This document shows, in pieces, positions 55,379 through 64,000 of a stretch of DNA of 64,000 nucleotides. Location of the stretch: the NCBI GenBank assembly GCA_951406725.2, contig OX597829.1:9672001-9736000 (forward strand), given 5' to 3'. A program made the translations under genes and the position numbers. The stretch is from Octopus vulgaris. Lineage: Eukaryota. The notes below the pieces were generated by a model. The model was not told where the DNA came from. It searched no databases and was given only the letters and a program-made list of their open reading frames with translations. Position 1 is the stretch's first letter; every line of letters starts with the position of its first letter.

Positions 55379-55774
55379 AAGACAGACAGATAGACAGACA
55401 TACAGTCAGGCAGATAGAGAGAGAGATATTGTTTCATCTTACATGTGTTTCTATCACTTGATTGCGGTCATGCTGGCGCACTGCCTTGTAGGATTTTAAC
55501 CGAGTACTTCATTCTAAAGCCTGCTACATATTGTATCGCTCTCTTTAGCTGAACCACGACGTTACGGAGACGTAAACAAACTAACCCCAGTTGTCAGGCA
55601 GAGGTGGTGGGATTACAAACACTAGCAGAAAGACCCACATCAGACGCACACAGCACACATGCATGCATACAGGTGTATGTATGTATGTACGTATATATGT
55701 ATGAATGTATGTATGTATGTATGTATGTATGCATGTATGTACATATGTATGTGCGGGTGCTTCTGTATGTGTCT

Positions 55775-56188
55775 GACTAGCATGCCGAGTCATATGCTTA
55801 GCGGCGTTTCGTTCGTCTTCGCGTCCTGAGTTTAAATACTGCGAAGGTCGAATTTGTCTTTCATCTTTTTCGGGCTTCGATAAAATAATTACCAATTAAG
55901 TACTGGAGTCAATGTAATCGACTTATCCCCAGTCCTGAAATTGCTGGCCTTGCACCAAAACATGAAATCATTATTAACAAGGCGGCGAGCTGACAATCAT
56001 TACCACGCCGAACAAACTACTTGCCCGCATTTTGTCCGTCTTTACACTCTAATTTGAAAAGTTGCCGAGATCTATTTCGCTTCTCATCCCTTCGGGGTGA
56101 ATAAAGTAGGTACCAGCTGAGTACTGGGGGTTGATGAAATCGACAAGCTCCAAAGCCACAAAATTCCAGGCCTTATTGTACCTATAGT
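55775..56188 (+). mobile_element. Two tandem SINE family D copies
   Basis: Copies at 55775-55972 and 55981-56188 (starts GGCGGCGAGCTGACA). The tail of the second is interrupted by the hAT element. Confidence 0.85.
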
Positions 56189-56588
56189 CAGCGCTGGATT
56201 GACAATTAAGCAAAATAAGCACGCGCTTAGCGCAATAATGGAAGGAGGAGGGGGGGCACCACAGGAATGGTAAATGGTTAACGGCACAAAAGAAACCACA
56301 TTAGGCTTGCTAAAATAATATTCGGTGTTACCTAAGATTGATTTTGAGGATCTGCTCAAAGACTTTGCGATTCAAAAAATGTAGGAGGAAACTTTTCAAA
56401 CATAAATTAAGTGGAAAAAATACAAAAATAAGCATTATTTTCCCAATGACTGTTTTGTTTTGAAAAATAAAAAGATATTTTATGGTTTGTTATTGTTTAT
56501 ATTTTGAATTAAATAATCTTTGGTGGTGGGGGGGGGACCAAAATCTTTTGAAATGCTTAGGGTCTCGATGGGTCTTAATCCGGCCTTA
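56189..56588. mobile_element. hAT-type MITE, 400 bp, with 8-bp TSD
   Basis: TIRs CAGCGCTGGATTGA ... TTAATCCGGCCTTA (CAGGGCCGGATTAA type). TSD CCTATAGT (56181-56188) / CCTGTAGT (56589-56596). Subterminal GCTTAG repeats. Confidence 0.8.
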
Positions 56589-57420
56589 CCTGTAGTAAAA
56601 ATACCACCACCACCACCACCACCACCACCACCACCACCACCACCACCTCCTCTACCACCACCACCACCACCACCACAACCACCTCCACTACCACTACTAC
56701 CAGCAGCAGCAGCAGCACCACCACCACCACCACTACTACTACTACTACTACTTACGTACTGATTACGTTCTCCTTATGTAGTTATATAAAGAAAAATACA
56801 AATACACACATAAAAACGCACACCCACACTCACATGTTACCTATGTATTTGTCTGTCTATGTTTCTATATCTGTCCTCCCCCCACCACACACACAAGTAC
56901 ACATGTAATCTCTGTCTATTTCTCTCTCCCTCTTTCTCTCTTTCTCACTTGCTCTGTATCCATCTCGTATGCCAATTCACTAATTGACTCACCTTCAAAA
57001 GAAACACACCTACCATGTATCGTAATACTCACAATTACAAAGGATCACGGCATGGTGTCAGTTGTCGTTCAGGGTCTTCTAATCATATCTTCTATTATAA
57101 TTCCATTTACATCTCAGATGTTTTATAGGAATATAAATCGAGCAAAGTACTTAACTATTACTTTATTTTATCGCCCGCACGGATGGATGAAAGGCAAAGT
57201 TGACCTCGGCGGGACTTGAACTCTGAAAGTAAAAAGCCGTGACTAAATACCACAAGGCATTTTGTCTGCCGAACCACCGCCTGTGGGTGTTGATGTAACT
57301 TTAGTGTAGTTCTCGGTGATGGTTCTGCTTTTGTTTTCTTACATCTTACTCCTACACATACGTGCATAAATGTATGCCTATATATGTATTTATATGTAAG
57401 TATGGTTAAATATATACGTG

Positions 57421-57469
<49 letters not shown>

Positions 57470-57471
<2 letters not shown>

Positions 57472-58162
57472 TAGCAGTAATACCCGTCGTTCATCGGATA
57501 ATTAGTTTTACTCTTTCTCAGGAGTCACATTCAAAGTATTATTATATATATATATATAGATTTCTCAACGGGGATTTGAGGGGAGAGTTTCAGGGTGTCG
57601 CTGGCGATGTATCGTGATGATCAAAAATCCGGCCTGCAAAAATTTGGTTAAAGTGATTCAAACTGTAGACTCAATGCAAAATGGTCACATTTAATTCAAA
57701 GCGTTAAAAATGTTATGAAAACAATTGGTATGTGTTCACAAAGTCCAAACGATTAATACGAAAAAACCCTCCAGGCTACATCCCGAAAATTCATTTCTTT
57801 GCCGAATTTCTACAATGTTTACGGTGATTCGTTTTTATATCTTGATTTTTTATTTTTCATGCAATTTACGCATGCTAGCACGCGTGATGAACAAAGTTCA
57901 CGTCAAACAGCTGACTGAGTAAAGTTCACTATTCAATGCATGGGATAAGGCTTAAACAAGCACATTATTGATTTTTGCACTTGCGAGATGAATTTCGGAA
58001 CAGAAATAACGCAGTTCAATTTTCATTCGTCTAAAATTTAAGTAACCCATTTTTGGTGGTTCTACGATTTGTTGGCTAGGAGGAGATGTGCCGGAAAGTT
58101 AAACACACAGACACACAGACAGATACACACACAGACACACAAGTTGAGTTTTATATATATTA
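57470..58162 (-). mobile_element. Non-autonomous Helitron-like element
   Basis: Minus-strand 3' end TCCGATGAACGACGGG-TATTACTG-CTAG|T (imperfect hairpin plus CTAG). Minus-strand 5' end ATATATATAAAACTCAACTT followed by (GTGTCT)-type microsatellite, the usual HelitronN layout; the 5' TC is not intact. Confidence 0.65.
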
Positions 58163-58810
58163 ATATATATATATATATATATATGCGTATATATTTCAGC
58201 ACACACACACATATACGTATATATACATTCATATATGAATATGCGTGTGTATATTGGAAGAGATTAGGCTCCTATTTTTAGAAAGTCCTGACTCAACTTA
58301 GAAGATTCCTAGTTTCGTTAATTGGTAAAGCTGATTCGAAGCAGCCATATCTAGCGAAGGAGGAGTTGGCTAAGGATCCTGTCACCAACGAAAAACGAGC
58401 AGAAAAGATGATTTTATTCTTGAAGATGAAATGTAGTCTTTCAGTTTTATATAATTTATACAGTTACTATCACTAAGGATCAGGGATTTTGAAACCTCAT
58501 ATTTCTTGTGATTGTGACAGGTCTGTTGTTCATGACTAGGATGGGAATTGTACAGGGCTCTTCCCTTGATTTCTGCTGCGATCGTATCAATTTTCTTGAG
58601 AATGAACCTGCGAGGTCAACATAGACGGAAATTACACAGATCACATAATGACTTCTTTGTTTCTTTTAATGCAAGCAAAGAATACATAGTCTTATTACAT
58701 CTTGAGTCTTCATATGCTGAAAGCTTACACACGCACACATATGCAAGCACACGTACACTACTCACAAGTAAACTTGCTTACGCGTATGTACATATGAATG
58801 CATGTAGCTG

Positions 58811-58948
<138 letters not shown>

Positions 58949-59293
58949 GCATAGGATTGTATGTGGACATGTATTTTTGTATGCATACTTGCACGTATAT
59001 ATGTTTGTATGGATGTATGTTTGTATATGTGTGTACATGTACCACTGAATAAAGTTCGTTTCCCACCAATGAAAACTAATTCTTATCTATGAAAATGAAG
59101 TTTACATTCAAGGATCTAAATATATATTTTAAGACGTATTTCTTGGCTTTTATATTCTTCATGATGATGCTTACATTCATTACGTTGTGAATCAATAGAT
59201 TCTTTTTATGTGAGTTTATTGAGCACTCCCATAAACTGCTCCTCGAACACACGTCTTTAAAATACCTCTCTCTCCCTCTTTCTATCTCTATCC

Positions 59294-59325
<32 letters not shown>

Positions 59326-59326
<1 letters not shown>

Positions 59327-59575
59327 GAGGCGCGTGGCATAGTGGTTAGGGTATCAGCATCCTGATCGTAAGATTATGATTTCGATTCCTGGACCGTGCG
59401 ATGCGTTGTGTTCTTGAGCAAAACACTTTATTTCACGTTGCTCCAGTCCACTCAGCTGGCAAAAATGAGTAACGCTGCGTTGGTCTGGCGTCCTGTCCAG
59501 CTGGGGAACACATACGCCATTGAAACCGAGAAACCGGCCCATGAGCCTGGCTAGGCTTTAAAAGGGCGCATTTAT
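59326..59575 (+). mobile_element. tRNA-derived SINE (head B, V-domain-like centre, tail 2)
   Basis: GGAGGCGCGTGGCATAGTGGTTAGGG...TTCGATTCC head; TTCTTGAGCAAAACACTT...CTGGCGTCCTGTCCAG...GAAACCG core; tail shared with 2584-2680 (-). Confidence 0.88.
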
Positions 59576-59861
59576 TATATATATATATATATATATATAT
59601 TCACGTACAAGCAAAATATATATATATGTAACAACACAGGCGTAACCGATTATGGTTGATAGCACCCTTTTTCGTACGTTTTATTCACATAAAGTAATTA
59701 CTATTTACATAATGTAAATTCTATAATTAATGCTTATAGTGAAATCGTCAGAGACGTATGTGCCTTAAGTTTAACAATATTGGATTGAAAAGATGCTGGC
59801 AGAGTTCACCTCCATTGAGAACACCCACGCAGTTACACACAGATATACACGCACATACACA

Positions 59862-59906
<45 letters not shown>

Positions 59907-59955
59907 ACACGCACACATATAATCATAAAGTTAGAAGGTATGGGAGGTGAATCTA

Positions 59956-60210
59956 TATTTATTTAAACATGTGACATCCATAGTCTTACGGCCGTTTTGC
60001 AAACATCTTCATTTATTATTAATTTCAGTAAGCAAGAAATTATGCGTATATGTTTACTTTAATATGTATTATAAAATACAGTTGTATTATACTGGGCGTA
60101 TATATTTATATAAACATATATGAATAATTTCTTGCATACTGAAATTAATAATAAATGAAGAAGTTTGCAAAACAGCCATAAGTCTATGGATGTCACATAG
60201 TTAAAAATAA
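59956..60210. repeat. Inverted repeat, ~95-100-bp arms (~90% identical), ~54-nt spacer
   Basis: ATGTGACATCCATAGTCTTACGGCCGTTTTGCAAACATCTTCATTTATTATTAATTTCAGTAAGCAAGAAATTATGCGTATATGTTTA pairs with 60111-60199. Confidence 0.93.
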
Positions 60211-60472
60211 TTTCACTTCTATACTCCTGATTTAATGGTCTTACAGTTCATGAAATATCTTCATCGATCGCATCATCTGAACTTCCAGTCATATGGTCAC
60301 TCTGCATTACACTTCTTTATAGTTAATTATTATGTGAACTGATAGCCGAATCTGTAAGATGAGCTTTTAGTGAGAGCCACTCGATTCTCTGAATCTATAT
60401 ATCTTGTACTATTCATATGTGTGTGAGCGCGCGCGTGTGCGTCTATGTATAAGAAATTATATAAGTTACATA

Positions 60473-60878
60473 GGCGCAGATATGGCTGTGTAGTAAGAAA
60501 TTTGCTTCTTAACAACATGGTTCCAGGTTCAGTCCTACTGTGTGGCACCTTGGGCAGGTGTCTTCTACTATAGACTTGAACCGACTAAAGCCTTTTGAGT
60601 AGATTTTGTCGACGGAAGCTAAAAGAATCCCGTCGTATGTACATATAAGTGTGTGGTATGTGTGTGTTTTTGTTTGTCCCCCTCTCTACCGCTTGACAGT
60701 CGGTGTTTGTGTGGTTATGTCCCTGTAACTTAGCGGTTCGGCAAAACGATCGATAGAATAAGTAAGTACCAGCCTTTAAAAAAGTAATAGGGTTGATATA
60801 TTCGTCTATACATTCTTCAAGGCATTGCTCCAGCATGGCAGCAGTCTAATGACTGAAACAAATAAAAGATAAAAGATA
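60473..60878 (+). mobile_element. Full-length SINE family C, diverged
   Basis: GGCGCAGATATGGCTGTGTAGTAAG...CCTTGGGCAGGTGTCTTCT...CTTAGCGGTTCGGCAAAA...GACTGAAACAAATAAAAGATAAAAGA. Confidence 0.9.
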
Positions 60879-61234
60879 TAGGAAACATTTTCAATGTCTT
60901 TTGATCTGCTAGGAATAAGAGCTAAACTCCCTGAAGTTTCCCATGTGGTTCTGTGATACAAAGTAACAACAACAACAACAACAACAATAACACCAACAGC
61001 AACGGCAAATGTTCTCATCTCTCCTGAACTCTTTTGTTCTTTGTATCAACAATCAAAACAAATACTATGCGATGCTCAAGTTACTTGCCGGGTAAATCTG
61101 TGAGAGTTGCTATTCCAAGTTTCTCGTTCCCACTCTTCAGGAAACAATTACCACTTATACCAACTATGTAACTATATAAGGTTTCATACCAATGTCCCCC
61201 CCCACCACCACACACACATATATCTATCTATTTA

Positions 61235-61289
<55 letters not shown>

Positions 61290-61345
61290 TTAAATCCTTA
61301 AAATGTTTCATCCCGAAGGCCGCGGCCATGCTGGGGCACCACCGC

Positions 61346-61437
<92 letters not shown>

Positions 61438-61629
61438 TTTTATTCTTTTTTTTTGTTTCAGTCATTTGACTGCGGCCATGCTGGGGTACCGCCTTTAGTC
61501 GAGCAAATCTACCCGAGGACTTATTCTTTGTAAGCCTAGTACTTACTCTATCGGGGCTCTTTTTGCCGAACCGCTAAGTTACGGAGACCAGTTGTCAAGC
61601 GATGGGGGGGGGGGCAAACACGCGCGCGC

Positions 61630-61687
<58 letters not shown>

Positions 61688-62427
61688 ATATATAAGTTGT
61701 TATCAATCGAGCGCACCAGTATCTTTCGTTATACACATAGTTATATATATAAAAAAAAAATATTACCAGTATATATATGGTGGTGCTGCAGCATGACCAC
61801 AGCCGTATGACTTAAACGAGTAAAATAGTAAAAAGAGTATAGATTATAGCTGGTGGCGATGGTCTTGTCAACATTAGTAGCAGGGGTAGTGAGGTGGCAG
61901 ATAAGGCAGATGGGAAAGACTCGTAAATGACTTTCCCTTTTTATTTATTTATTGTTGCCATTTTGTTGTTGGTTTTTGCTGTAGTCTTGGCTCTGAAGAT
62001 GGGAAAGGAAGAAATGGAAGGGCGAAGATGGATGCTGTGAAATCTCAGAGAAGTAAGTTCATAGCGAGATGGGCGAGGGAACTAACGATAAGATTTCGGA
62101 TGTTTGCTCAACTTCAAGTAATGGCGGTAAAAGTAAAGATAAATTTGTTTTAAATAATAACAATGATGATCATGATCATGATGATGATGATGATCATCAT
62201 CATCATCATCCATATCACCTTGACGATGATGATAATGATGATGAAGATGATAATGTTCATGGTGTTGATGATGATGATGATGATAGTCATAATAATAATA
62301 ATAATAAAAGCAACAACAACAGTAGTAGCAGCAAAAAAAAATAAGAGTCAAAATGAATAGGTAAATAAAAAGGGATACAATCTCTCCCTGAGAATTTAAA
62401 AGAAAAAGATTAGCGAAAGACAGAAAA

Positions 62428-62458
<31 letters not shown>

Positions 62459-62730
62459 GTAAATAAAGGTGGTTGAAGAAAGACTGGGAGAAGTAGGAGG
62501 AGGACTAAGGTGAAGTGGTGGTGGTGGTGGTGGTGTTGACATTAGAATGAGAACAAGCAGGAGAAGAAGAAGACGAAAGTTAGGAGAGATTCAAAGCGGA
62601 GTTGTAAGCAGTCGATGTTATATGATTAAAGACGGGGGGGGGGCAAGGAGTGGGGGGGGGGCGTTAAATATGATGGGTTAAGAAAAAACAAGAAAAAGTC
62701 GTGCATATACAAATACATATATATATATCA

Positions 62731-62772
<42 letters not shown>

Positions 62773-63167
62773 GTATTTATGTATGTACATATGATTGTTT
62801 TTAAATTATTTATTTTAATTAAAATCTAATTAAAATGTTTGGAACAGAATCTTAGGAAACGTTTCTAAAAAAAATAACAATAAAAAAAACTTGAAATAAA
62901 TCATAGTAATTGAAATTTACAAAAACAAATGCTAAAAAAATATTAAGAAAATCGCTGTTTTAGGTAACTTGGATAAAAAAATAGAATTTAAAGCCAAACA
63001 CTACAAAAAAAAAAAGAAAGTAAGAAACAAGGAAATCAATAATAGTATCATCGACAACAACAACAACAATCTCGAAAGTCATAACTGATTCGAGATGTTG
63101 ATAGGTTAAGGAAACTTGACAAAAATCGGGTACCCGTTGATTGGGTTTTGCGGTGGGGTTGAACCCA

Positions 63168-63198
<31 letters not shown>

Positions 63199-63779
63199 AA
63201 GGAACATGACGACGATGATAATGATGAGGAGGTGGAGGAAGAAGTGGACGATGGTAGAATTGTGGATGATGATGATGGTAGAGGTGGGTGTGGCGATGGT
63301 GATGATGATGATGGTTGTGGTGGTGGTGGTGGTGGTGGTGGTGGTAGTGGTGGTTATAGTAATCAGTAGAAACTGTTGCTGCATTTGTTTTGTTTGTTTG
63401 CTTCTGTTTTATTCTTTTTTAATTTTTTTATTTCCCCCTTGCAATTCCTGCAGCTGCGTTTGTAGTTATTGTTGCAGACACTGGTTTCGTTGTTGTTGTT
63501 GTTGTTGTTGACTCCAGAATAATTGATTCTTAATTATTTCTGCATTTCTTTTCCTATAACTTATTTTTTCTTTCTTTTCCTAAAAAAAAAAAACTAAATA
63601 TTTGTTCTTTGCATTTTATTTATTTATTATTAATTTTTTTTTTGCCACACCATTCTTGCATTAGTGCAGCAGTGGCTGTTATTGTAGGCATTACCGTTAT
63701 TGCTGCTGCTGCTGCTGCTGCTGCTGATAATATTTAGATTAACAAAATAGCATTTTGGTTTTTATCTTCGTTCATGCTT

Positions 63780-63854
<75 letters not shown>

Positions 63855-64000
63855 TGCTTTTGTGGCTTACCAGTAAGGTTTGTTATTGTCATGTTGTTCT
63901 TGTTTGTGTGGTCGTTATTTTTAATTATTTCTTATCCAATTGGCTACTAAATTCAATTTTAATTATTTTCTTACTGTCGTAATCCATCCAACTTTTTTCA

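Noticed and set aside
58480-58620. RT-like peptide RMGIVQGSSL, plus Penelope endonuclease-like traces at 51250-51570 and 22440-22530
   Set aside because: Motifs are too short and frameshifted to call without a translated search.

Overview
Eukaryotic, AT-rich, non-coding (intergenic or deep intronic) DNA packed with microsatellites and short interspersed repeats. The repeat families and satellite density look like a coleoid cephalopod, probably Octopus; this is an inference from recognition, not a database result. I find no supportable host protein-coding gene, tRNA, rRNA or CRISPR array, and almost every ORF in the supplied track is a translation of simple repeats. Supportable features are: a dead mariner 3' fragment with its TIR, many copies of several SINE families, two hAT-type MITEs with 8-bp TSDs, two Helitron-like elements, decayed LINE RT/ORF fragments and two long hairpin-forming inverted repeats. 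The most interesting signals are a tandem pair of degenerate minimal hammerhead-ribozyme motifs inside a rod-like fold (15121-15234), a second hammerhead-like relic (37675-37712), combinatorial head x tail shuffling among the tRNA-derived SINEs, an (AAT)n-associated ~540-bp element, and two motif-dense unique islands that may be cis-regulatory elements. I cannot claim a new biological system with confidence from sequence alone.
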